Program-made: the position numbers and the translations under genes | Source of the DNA: the human T2T-CHM13v2.0 reference genome, Homo sapiens | Assembly (NCBI RefSeq): GCF_009914755.1 | Contig: NC_060936.1 | Length of the DNA stretch: 64,000 nucleotides | Direction: 5' to 3' (one strand) | The notes under the pieces: generated by a model | Databases searched by the model: none | The model's input: the letters and a program-made list of their open reading frames with translations, nothing else | What the model was told of the DNA's origin: nothing | In this document: in pieces, positions 1-10,560 of the stretch | Layout: each line of letters starts with the position of its first letter | Position numbering within the stretch: the stretch's first letter is position 1

Positions 1-185
1 GGCCTTGCCCAGGTCTCCAAGGAGTGAAGGGTAGTAGTGAGGTGCAGAGATACTGGTGAACCGAATACTGGGACATGTTAAAAGAGATGTCTACCTGACA
101 GACTCTTTCCCCAGACCTCCATCTCCCTCTACCACTAGCCTACACGTTCAAATTAACCTCTCCTGTTCTTTTCCTTATGTTATAG
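1..185 (+). other. ASCL1: 3' end of the ASCL1 intron (branch point, polypyrimidine tract, AG acceptor)
   Basis: TTAAC branch-point-like motif at 153-157, pyrimidine tract ~157-182, TAG acceptor ending at 185, followed by GGTGATCGCACAACC, which I recall as the ASCL1 mRNA junction sequence. Confidence 0.85.
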
Positions 186-240
186 GGTGATCGCACAACC
201 TGCATCTTTAGTGCTTTCTTGTCAGTGGCGTTGGGAGGGG

Positions 241-297
241 GAGAAAAGGAAAAGAAAAAAAAAGAAGAAGAAGAAGAAAAGAGAAGAAGAAAAAAAC
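241..297 (+). repeat. Purine-only A-rich/(GAA)n tract in the 3' UTR
   Basis: gagaaaaggaaaagaaaaaaaaagaagaagaagaag... seen directly; it explains the Lys/Arg- and Phe/Ser-rich pseudo-ORFs. Confidence 0.9.
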
Positions 298-1303
298 GAA
301 AACAGTCAACCAACCCCATCGCCAACTAAGCGAGGCATGCCTGAGAGACATGGCTTTCAGAAAACGGGAAGCGCTCAGAACAGTATCTTTGCACTCCAAT
401 CATTCACGGAGATATGAAGAGCAACTGGGACCTGAGTCAATGCGCAAAATGCAGCTTGTGTGCAAAAGCAGTGGGCTCCTGGCAGAAGGGAGCAGCACAC
501 GCGTTATAGTAACTCCCATCACCTCTAACACGCACAGCTGAAAGTTCTTGCTCGGGTCCCTTCACCTCCCCGCCCTTTCTTAGAGTGCAGTTCTTAGCCC
601 TCTAGAAACGAGTTGGTGTCTTTCGTCTCAGTAGCCCCCACCCCAATAAGCTGTAGACATTGGTTTACAGTGAAACTATGCTATTCTCAGCCCTTTGAAA
701 CTCTGCTTCTCCTCCAGGGCCCGATTCCCAAACCCCATGGCTTCCCTCACACTGTCTTTTCTACCATTTTCATTATAGAATGCTTCCAATCTTTTGTGAA
801 TTTTTTATTATAAAAAATCTATTTGTATCTATCCTAACCAGTTCGGGGATATATTAAGATATTTTTGTACATAAGAGAGAAAGAGAGAGAAAAATTTATA
901 GAAGTTTTGTACAAATGGTTTAAAATGTGTATATCTTGATACTTTAACATGTAATGCTATTACCTCTGCATATTTTAGATGTGTAGTTCACCTTACAACT
1001 GCAATTTTCCCTATGTGGTTTTGTAAAGAACTCTCCTCATAGGTGAGATCAAGAGGCCACCAGTTGTACTTCAGCACCAATGTGTCTTACTTTATAGAAA
1101 TGTTGTTAATGTATTAATGATGTTATTAAATACTGTTCAAGAAGAACAAAGTTTATGCAGCTACTGTCCAAACTCAAAGTGGCAGCCAGTTGGTTTTGAT
1201 AGGTTGCCTTTTGGAGATTTCTATTACTGCCTTTTTTTTCTTACTGTTTTATTACAAACTTACAAAAATATGTATAACCCTGTTTTATACAAACTAGTTT
1301 CGT

Positions 1304-1309
1304 AATAAA
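1304..1309 (+). terminator. ASCL1: ASCL1 polyadenylation signal AATAAA
   Basis: Canonical AATAAA with an upstream TGTA (CFIm) motif at 1271 and U-rich flanks; cleavage expected around 1325-1336. Confidence 0.85.
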
Positions 1310-1511
1310 ACTTTTTCCTTTTTTTAAAATGAAAATAATCAGCTGACTCTAAGCTTTCTTTGACTCTGATGCCCCTGGTCCAGTTTTATGAAAATGTCAA
1401 AGGGAAGAGGTGGATGGAGAAGAAAATGTTGCAAAACATGCTAAGTGGCAGAAATGACAATGATAAGTGCTATGGCCAGTCCCATCCAAATGGTTTCTTT
1501 ATGATGAATGA

Positions 1512-1513
1512 GT

Positions 1514-1551
<38 letters not shown>
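1512..1551. repeat. (TG)n microsatellite
   Basis: Seen directly. Confidence 0.95.
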
Positions 1552-1553
<2 letters not shown>

Positions 1554-2019
1554 ATGTATATATGTTTTCTTTCTATCCTATGCTGCAAATGTACATGCCC
1601 ACCAAAAAGAATAGATGGCTGCATTATCCTTTGATCAAAATTTAAAATCCCCCAAAAAAGTGAACCAGAAAGAGAGGGTCCTCCACCATTTTCCAATTCT
1701 CAACTCCATTCTGAGTTTCTCCCTGTGAAACTATGGTGGGGCTGGATGAAATAATGGAGACTAGGTCTGGGTGGGGAGGATGGTGGTTCTGGGATGGGGG
1801 TTGGAGAGGCATCCCTCTTCACATACAAGCTCCTAGTGGTGAGTATGTTTCTCTTCCCTCACTTCCAGGCATACATTTTCTACTCATTTTCTCCAATACT
1901 CCTACTTGCTATATTGATTTTAAGTAAGAGGCATATATGATATGAATTCATTCCAAACGGATTGAGATTTTAATTAAAAAAACGCATTAGAAATGTGTGG
2001 TCGCTTTGAGACACTGGTC

Positions 2020-2560
2020 TATCTAAGCTTGTGACTCTATCCGAATAGCGTGAGCTGCGTGTAAAAGTACCCAATTACCAAGATTCAAAAAGAAATTGGT
2101 GGGTTTTTGGCTGGCTTGCTTCTTGTCAGTTAGCAAGGACGTGATTAGAATCCTACTCGGCCTCTCGCCGGCTCCTCGCTCGCCGCCTGCATTACTTGCA
2201 GATTCAGTTTGCGTGTCTCCAGCCAAGCGGAAAGCCGAGCGCAAAATGCATCTTACAAAACCCAACAAAGAACGGGTAGCCAGCACGTCTTCCAGAGTTA
2301 AAAATCTAGTCTGTGTTGGTACATCTATACCATTTAGTGGCACAGAATAATCATTTTTTAAAGCCACGATGCGCGGAGCACGCCACAGCGTCTGATGTCA
2401 TTTTGCTAAATGACCCTCTATAGAATGCACATTGAGGCTTCAGTCCCTTTCAAAGAGATGAGCGTAATTAAGGAAAAAAAATCAGTAAATTCCTCATCGC
2501 CATAAATAATCGGACTTTCTGCCAGCAGTGGGCCAATTTAGAGCTTACTTGAGAGAAGTA
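2020..2560. promoter_or_regulatory. CpG-rich non-repeat element 3' of ASCL1 (candidate enhancer)
   Basis: High CpG density, no repeat similarity, homeodomain-type motifs (GCGTAATTAAG ~2462, CCATAAATAAT ~2500). Confidence 0.5.
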
Positions 2561-2849
2561 ATGCTTTTGTGATGCCTGCTTTTATTTTTATCTTCTCATT
2601 TGGAGGACCAGAGATGGGCTCCACCCCCACTCTCCATTTCTCTTTCCTTTAATTTAGCTCCTTTGCAAGATTCCAGATAAGGTATGCAAAGAAAGTGTAG
2701 CAAGTCATTTATGGCTATGAATATAACATTAGGATAATGTTTCAGCCCCCACAAAGGGGGATTTTTTTTTCCTTCTCCTGTGAGGACAGGTGTTCTTTAC
2801 TCACTTCTGAATGGGAAATATCCAGTCTCGTTAAACTCGAGGCAAAGTT

Positions 2850-3180
2850 AGTCGTTGTTTGCCACAATGCGAAGGCAAACTCGAAAAATTCACAAAAACA
2901 CACACAATTTTGCCTAAGCTAGGAAAGGGCAAAGCGAGGATTGGGCAAAATCTCATTACATCTGCTCTAATCGCTTAGCAACACAAAGCCGGGGCTTGTG
3001 CGGCGAAGGGAAGCCATTCACAGAGCTCTGACAGGCCGCATTCAGCGCGCGTTAGTCAGCTCCATAAATCACCGCTGCCCATTGGCTGCGCGGCGGGCTT
3101 TGGAGCGGCCCTGGGCTGTCAGCGAAATACAAAATGTAGACCCCAGAGGCTAGCAATAGTAGCCTCTCCCCCGTCTTAGC
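2850..3180. promoter_or_regulatory. CpG-rich candidate enhancer with TALE/HOX motif cluster
   Basis: TGACAG 3029-3034, CCATAAATCA (=TGATTTATGG on -) 3062-3071, ATTGGCTGC 3081-3089, CTGTCA 3116-3121. Confidence 0.6.
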
Positions 3181-3189
3181 CCCCACCCA

Positions 3190-3208
3190 TTTTTCTTTTC
3201 TTTCTTTT

Positions 3209-3260
<52 letters not shown>

Positions 3261-3434
3261 TCATTCTTTCTTTCTTTCTTTCTTCCTTTCTTTCTCTTTC
3301 TTTCTTTCTTTCTTTCTTCTTTCTCTTTCTTTCTTTCTTTCTTTTTCTTTCTTTCTTTTCTTTCTTCTTTTTTCCTTTTTTTCTTCTGTCTTTCTTCTTT
3401 CTTTTTTCCTTTTTTTCTTCTTTCTTTCTTTTTT
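3190..3434. repeat. (TTTC)n / pyrimidine-rich simple repeat
   Basis: About 245 bp of nearly pure T/C with a perfect TTTC core. Confidence 0.97.
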
Positions 3435-4184
3435 GAGAGAAAGAGGAGGGGAAGAATGCTGAGGTAGAAAACTGCGTTGACTTTATTGACTGAGAAATCT
3501 TACCTATTCAACAAAGGCTTGGAGACCACCGAGTTAAGACTGAAGACACGCCCGAAATCGACGAGGAGGAGCGGGGAGTGCGGGAGAGAAAGAAAAAACA
3601 GACCTGCCGCGAGCTGCAGAGCTGTTGAATGGCACACATCATCAGAGGCTGGGAGAAAGCTATTGGTGCACAGGTTTCACCTCTCTGACACAGTTATTTT
3701 AACATTTTAAATTGAGAGTAGGAGGAGATGCATCAAGAAGAATCTATCTCGAGTTCACATCAGGCAGGACCCACCAAGGAAGAGAGAAGAAACTATTCTG
3801 TGGTTTGCAAAGAACTTCAAAGGAGTAAGACTGAGATGTCTTAAGAAAGAGCAATAGAACGTGCCTTTCCACTTCACCGTTCTTGCAGTGCTGGGGATGT
3901 TTAAACACAGAAGTAACAGCCCAGTTCCTTGATATACACAGGAGCTAGGTGAAGCCATGCAAAGGAGTTAAGAAAAGGCTTGATGGCAGAGATTACAAGC
4001 TATATGTAAATGTTATCCCCTGCTGTTGTTGCTATTCTTATCTTCCAGTCCTTTATCTCATTTTCCTGGGGACTGGTCAGATGCATCTAGATCACAGCCC
4101 AAATTGGATTCTTACCCACAAACCACGTAGAAAAACCCTGATAGTAGATGTGGAATCAAGGGAGATTTTTCTAAGAAGCCCAGA

Positions 4185-4452
4185 TTGCCTTAACTCAAGT
4201 GCCACCTCCTCCAAGAAGCTTTTCCTGACCACCCTCTTTAAAGCAGCTCTCCATCTGCTACAATCAGTCCATTAATCCTGTTGTTCCTTCCTGGCATTTA
4301 CCACTATCTGAAAATGCTGTATCTTTGTTTGGTTATATGATTATTGTCAATTATCCCCTACTACATGGTAACCTCCCTGAAGCTAGGGACCTTACTTGTC
4401 TTGTCTTGTCTTCCCTGCCCCTGGTAAGATAGGTATTTGTTGACTAAATGGA
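4185..4452 (+). mobile_element. L2 LINE 3' end fragment
   Basis: gccacctcctccaagaagcttttcctgaccaccctc...atttgttgactaaatg resembles the L2 3' terminus. Confidence 0.65.
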
Positions 4453-4489
4453 CAAATGGGGATGGTTTTCTCTGCTTCACTGAAAGTTG

Positions 4490-5000
4490 TTTCTTATTCT
4501 TCCTTTCCCCTCCACTTGCACTCTCCACCCTTCTCTGCTCTTCTCTCTGTCTCAGGAGGCAGGCTTATCTTTATGGATTTCATCACAAGAGTTGTGTGTC
4601 CTTCTGGCTTCTTCTTGGGTTTGGCCAGTGGGAGACACCAGCAGGAGTTGGCAAAGTAGGAGGGGATATAGGTTGGGATATTTTTATCCCTGCTCCATCC
4701 CTGCCTAGGCCCTATTGCTTTGCCTGTAGCTCTACTCCTTGTCCTAAGGCTAGGGCTGTTGTCAGGAGGCTTCTCTCCCGCAGATACACCTCTTGCTGAA
4801 GTCCAGTAACAACTCCCTTCTCTTGCCCTTTAATAAGGCCCAGAGGTGGTAACAGCTCTCCCTTGTTCCTAGTCTCCGGGTGCAGCATCATTTTTGTTAA
4901 CCTCACCAACATCTCTGTCTTTCTGTTAAACTTTTTCATTTACCCTTGTGCCATCATCTCTCTTTCCGACTCTGCTACACAGGCCGTTTCCCCATAGGAT
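4490..5000. mobile_element. Old ERVL LTR (LTR33-like)
   Basis: ccttctggcttcttcttgggtttggccagtgggagacaccagcaggag matches my memory of the LTR33 family core. Confidence 0.55.
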
Positions 5001-5639
5001 CTCATGGATATACTAGTTTTGTTTAAGATTTTTCAGGGACTCTTGGGGTTATGAGTAAGAAAAATCCTAGAGTATGGGTGAACCCAACTCCATATAACAT
5101 GTAACTCTAGAAACATTACTTCATCTTTTTGAGACAGGAGTGAAGTCAATTACAGTTTTCTCTTCTGGAAAAACGAGAAAAATGATACCTTCCTTTGCAT
5201 AGATCACCAGATGAACAGAAAATGAAAGGGCTTTAGAGCAACTAATGACTATATCAATGCAAGAGATACGTGCTTCTTAAGATCTTTCTGAACCAGGTAG
5301 TGGGGTGGTACTGGGTCTTGCCGTTAAGATCAGCAAAGCTGCTGCTGCTGTTGGAAGCCACCCCTACTTTCTTTCGCCCATTCATTCGCTCTGCAATTTA
5401 TGCACTCACTTCAAAGGGGAGGGACAAATTATTAAATCTGGTCAACATTTCTAGAACTTAGTTGTGTTAATTTGTATTTTCTAGAGAGTGCTCTCCAAGA
5501 AGCATCAGTTATTGCAACTTCTTAAAAAAAAAAAAAAGCAACACTGTGGATGCTTTTGTGGTGTAATAATCGTCCTCAACCTCAGGTCCTTTTACTTATT
5601 GCTGAAAAGCCTCTGAACTCCTTTCTCCCTCTCTCCACT

Positions 5640-6720
5640 CCTGAGCCAAGAAATAATTCTTTCCGGACTTCCCGAGAAGCTCCAGGTTATCCGGAGTCAA
5701 CGGTAAGGAGGGAAGTGGATTCGGTGACACTAAGGTTGTTTACCCACTGCGAAAGCGAATGGCTTGGATCTAGCGCAGGTCGAAGTTATATTCCTTCTTC
5801 CTTTGTATGCAAGATTAGGTTGTTACAAAAGAGGGTGTGTAGGTTAATGGCAGGAAGCAAGTTGCAGCGCGGAGCGCGGGCCCTGAGCGCGTGTCAGGCT
5901 TAATGATTTATTCAAGCTGCAGCGCATCCGGGCGTTGATTGGCTGCAGGCATGCGTCCGCTGTCAGCTGCGCGCGCCGGGAACTCTCCAGGCTACCTGAA
6001 GCTGGGGGGAGGAAGAGGAGGCGTGGGGACCCGAGGGGAGAGGTGTGAAAAGGAGGAACAGGTAGGAGTAGGGGGTGAGAGAGAGAAACAGGGATAGAGC
6101 AAGAGAGACATAGAGAGAGAGGAGGAGAGAAGGCAAGGAAGGAAGGAGAAGAGAGAAGGGAAGAGAAACTCAAGCGTAGGTTGCGGGGGTGGGAGAGAGG
6201 AGAGAGGAAAAGATGGAGAAAGCAGACGAGAAAAACAAGAGGGAGAAAGAGAGAATAAAGGAGAGGCGAGGATAGGAGAATAAATGAGAGAGAGCATAGA
6301 GAGAGGCTGGAGACAGGAGTGGGACGCGCTCCCAGAACGTCCCGCGTGCGCCCCCCTCTAGGCAGCCAGCGGGCGGCCGCTTACAAAGCCGCCTTTGATG
6401 CTCTGGCTACCAGGGCTATTTTGGGGACGAGATGGGGGAAAGCCGCCAACCCACACTCCTTGGAGGGAGTCACTTTCTGCAAAGTGCGTTGGAGAGGACT
6501 GGGCCCTGGGTCCGGGCTGTCGAAGCAGGAAGTGGATGTAGGGGACAAAAGCTCCGCACCTGCCAAATGCGAGACCTTAGAGAGAGCCTCCCCCTCGCCG
6601 CTCCCTGCTCCCCCGCGGGCCCGGGAAGCTTGCACTACCGGGCTCAGCGCAGCCAGCCCCACCGCCTCCGGACTCGACCCCACCATAGCCCCGCCGTCCG
6701 AATCGTCTCTGAACCAAACT
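5640..6720. promoter_or_regulatory. Orphan CpG island downstream of ASCL1, split by a GA-rich tract
   Basis: Dense CpG at 5860-5990 and 6319-6720; TGATTTAT 5904-5911, TGATTGGCTG 5936-5945, CTGTCAGCTGC 5960-5970. Confidence 0.75.
6005..6318. repeat. GA-rich low-complexity tract
   Basis: About 310 bp dominated by G/A on the + strand. Confidence 0.9.
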
Positions 6721-7879
6721 ACTTCTGCCTGCCTTTCTTTGGATCTGTCTTTCTCTGTCATCTGAGTCACTTTCTCTCTCGCCTCTCTTTTCTTTCTTCT
6801 TTTTCTTCTTCCTTCCCCTCTTCTTTCTCACTCATTTGTTCTTTCTTTTCTGTCATCATTATTTACAATTAACAAAACCCCGGACACTTCTAGATTGGAG
6901 CTCTGCTCAGCCGGTGGACTCTTTGGAAAGAGGGAGGATAGTGGGGAGAAAGAGCAGAAGAAAGATATTGCTGGGGGAAGAGAGTGACATTTGAAAATTG
7001 AATGAAAAAACCAGCCTACTGTGTGCATTTTCCTGGATGAAGTTCTTGAGCCTGCAGGGTCAGCAGTCAGAGGGCGGCTGCTTCTGTTGGGGGAATTGGA
7101 AATTCTATCAATAACCACCCCACTCCTGAAGACCAGACAGAAGTAAAGCTGGCGTGTCCTTTCCCCAGCCACCCCCCTCCAGTACACAGAGCTTTTAGGT
7201 TCCTCCAGCTATCTCTCTTTACTAGGAAAAACAGTCTGTCTCCATTGTCCAGGTGCCAGCAGGGCCTTTGGCAAAAGGGAGGCCGGCCAGCCTTCTGATC
7301 AAACTCAAAGGTTAGTTAAAAGACAAAAACAGCTGAAAGTCTTCATGAATAATGTTGGGCCAGCACCCCCCTCCTCCACTCCACCACCCCAAACCCCCCC
7401 ACTCCCAACTCAGTGTAGTGCAAGCCATGCTGAATGCCCTACCACTTGGTTATGCTGCTCGCCTAAGTCAGAATTTCACAGAAAGGCCGAAAAGAAAAGC
7501 TCCCACAATTAGGGGTCGCCTGTCAGAAAACATTAACGCCTTCCTCTCCCAGCCTGTCAGGCCTGCTGCAGATACAAACTGCCATGGCGAATTGGCCCTC
7601 CACCCCATGAAGTGCCTGCCAGCCAAAGGAGCGGGGATTTGCAAGCCAAAGGAGATGGAGCCTGTCCTAGTGCAGTTTCCGCAGTGTCCTGACGCACCGA
7701 GATGCCCCCAGCTTCTGCTTTCTGAGGCTTGGCTGTGTTGGATGCCTGGGAGAGGTCATACAAGATAGTACTGCAGGTGGGCAGATGAATGACCACCCAG
7801 ACCAGGGCAGTATAGCAGGACCTTTTCCTACAATGGGAATGGGTAAAATATATACACATGGCTACATCCTTATCTCCTG

Positions 7880-8070
7880 TTTGCTGAGCATTTTTCAAGT
7901 GCCAGGGATCTTACATTGTTCATGATCAGAGCAATCCTTCAAGGTGGTGTATTATTATATTTATCTTATAGGTGAATAAAACTGAGAGTCTGTAACAGCT
8001 AAGTAGTGGCAGACAGGATTGGACGTCAGATTTGCCTGACTCCAAATTTCATTCCCCTTCCACCATAATC
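7880..8070 (-). mobile_element. MIR SINE
   Basis: ttataggtgaataaaactgag...cagctaagtagtggcagacaggatt...tgcctgactccaaa is the MIR core in reverse orientation. Confidence 0.65.
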
Positions 8071-8359
8071 CAGCCCTTAGTTTCTCCAATAAGATCCAGA
8101 CACCAACTCTATGCTTGCTTGCTTCTGAAAGCACTGCCAATACTTGAGCATGTTCTTTGCCATCTTCTTTGTATTACCAAGAATATTCTCCACTTTTAGA
8201 ACAGTATCTGGCATGTCCTTGACACTCATAAACTTGTGGAAGGAAGGGAAGAGGAAGATACAAAGAAAGGAAAAAAAGGAGGAAGGGAGGAATTCCTTAG
8301 AAAGGTCCTTTTGGTTTTCTTTGAACATTATTTTGTTCTGGAAGATATTTAACTTTGCG

Positions 8360-8545
8360 TGAAGAGATCTGGTTGGGATTCTTATGTACCATCAGTTAGT
8401 TCGGGAGTGGAACCTTTGTTTTCTCATCTGCATAAGTGGAGATAATAATAACTACCTTCTATGGTAATGATAAAGATAGAATAAGATTAACTTTGCAAAA
8501 GTTGCTAGCATGATATCCAACACAGGCTCAAGAAAATCCAGTTGA
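8360..8545 (+). mobile_element. MIR SINE
   Basis: ttttctcatctgcataagtggagataataataactacc MIR core. Confidence 0.6.
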
Positions 8546-10261
8546 AAATGAAATAGGTATTAGTCTTTTATTTTTGTGTATCAAGAAAATATATATCACA
8601 CATGCCTTACGTCTGTGAAACAAAAATGCTATGCCATAGCTAAGTCGTCAGGGAATTTTTAATACTGTTGTCCCGTGGTGTTCGTGCCACCAAGATAGAA
8701 TGAGGTAAAGCAGAGATCATGTTCACAGGTCTAAACTTATGGAAAGAAGGAAAGAGGAAAGAGTGTCTAGTGTTGTGGAAGAGTTTCAGGGCTTCCAAGA
8801 AGTGAGCCATCATCTTCCAGCAAGAGCAAAATGATGTGGGTGTTACTTCTCCCTGATGAAGCAGGTAGGAAATTATCACCCCATTTTGTGGAACAGAAAA
8901 ATGAAGCCCCAAGATGTGACTACTTTGCTAGGAGAAAATAAACACTGGAAGTTAAAATTGGCCACTGTGATTCCTTCCAGGAGACATATCTTCTGAGCTT
9001 TCTGGAGTGATTCAGAACTTTGGTCTCCTCAGGACTTAGAAGGAACATTTTCACAAAACCATTCATATTCATGGGATAGTCATTATTTCCACTGCATGGG
9101 ACACTAGTGAAATTATTAAAATTTGCTTCAGTTTTCAAACTTCCAAGATTGCTGTCACTGTCTCCCTCTGCTTCTACCCACCAATCAGCTCTTTCAGTTC
9201 CAAAACACCAATTTTTTAAAAATGGAGAAAAAAAACCCAAGAAAAACTGCTGTTGATAATCCCAGAAATGTTTGATAATCCTGCAAAAGTTGGTCAGCTT
9301 CCTGGTCATTAGCTTTTCACTGAGTCCTTGTATGATGTTTTCGTTTCTGGAGAGCGGGGATGATCTTCCACATGTCCCTCTTTGTCTTTCCCACATTTCT
9401 GGTTTTTTTTCCTTCTCTGGGCAAACTTCATTTTCCAGAAGACAGACTATGTTTTTGAGATATAATAATTACCTCATGGACTGTTGGCCAAAAATAATGG
9501 AGGCCAAAAATGTAAACACAAGGTCTACTTTTCAGATATTTTATGAAAATATTACATTGTCTAAATATGTTCAGAATGCAGTAGTATTTGATACATAGGA
9601 CAGATTTAGAAACAACCATAAGCCTGCCCCATATAAGCACATAATATAGGACTGCTGAAATAAAAACTCTAGAGTTGGTATAACCACAGAGATGTAGCCA
9701 ATGGTGCTTCATGTAAACTAATGATGATATTTTTCCCCTTGAAAATCCATGAAAATATAATACCAAATATCTCAGGCTTGGGAGGATGATCTGGCTAGAC
9801 TAGTCCAGGTTCAGCATTCAGACCACTCATGTCTCCACTTCCTGAGGACATGGAAGCTGTGTTTGGAAGACAGAGCAACACGTGTAGGGCATGTTCTTTC
9901 TCCTGTTGGGGTGGCTAAGAAGAGGCCTGCTTTACATCCATCTCCTCTTTCTCAGGAATGTCCCTGTGTCACTGGGACACAGAAATGAGGGGGATTTATT
10001 TTGTGCTGTTTAAACAGGGTATACATTTCAACAAACAGCTAATTTGTTGCTGGAGATCCTCTATAGATGAAAACAGACATGCTATTCTAATTCTAGGGAC
10101 TTTTTTGTAAGGCAAAAAAAAAAAAAAATCAGACAAGTTGAAAAGATACATAGCCAGAGGTGTTTGTTGTAGTATTTTTTTTTAAAAGATAATGGTGAAA
10201 AACCCAAAACAACCCAAAACTTTAATCTTGAGTATTGGTTCAAATAAATACTATATTTGCA

Positions 10262-10560
10262 GGCAGGTCACAGCAGCTCATGCTTGAGATCTCAGCACTT
10301 CAGGAGGCTGAGGCAGGAGGGTTGCTTGAGTGCGGGAGTTTGAGACCAGCCTGGGAAAGATGGCGAGACCCTGTCTCTACAAAAATTAGCTGAAGGTGCT
10401 GGTGCATACCTGTGGTCCCAGCTACTCAGGAAGCTGAGGTGGGAGGATCACTTAAGCCTAGGATGTTGAGGCTACAGCAAGCCACTATGGTGCTACTGAA
10501 TTCCAGGCTGGGTGGCAGAGCTAGAGACCTTGTCTCAATAAATATATAAATAGATAAATA
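10262..10560 (+). mobile_element. AluJ
   Basis: Two-arm Alu, highly diverged, AluJ-type ggaggatcacttaagcctagga; atatttgca repeated on both sides. Confidence 0.9.

Larger units (their letters stand above)
186..1335 (+). other. ASCL1: ASCL1 exon 2, entirely 3' UTR
   Basis: Recognised from memory as the human ASCL1 3' UTR (GGTGATCGCACAACCTGCATC ... CTAGTTTCGTAATAAAACTTTTTCC). AU-rich distal half, no credible ORF, ends after AATAAA. The CDS lies upstream of the window. Confidence 0.9.

Noticed and set aside
187-417. Lys/Arg-rich ORF at the start of exon 2
   Set aside because: GTG start, produced by the A/GAA tract; it lies in the ASCL1 3' UTR.
1070-1090. TTCAGCACC, the left half of a REST RE1 site
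   Set aside because: The GGACAG half is missing. By eye I found no full RE1 in the window (weak look-alikes at ~14965, ~17409, ~53765); a PWM scan would settle it.
6319-6872. Overlapping 129-148 aa ORFs on both strands
   Set aside because: Expected in GC-rich CpG island and low-complexity DNA; no recognisable homology, and some start at non-ATG codons.
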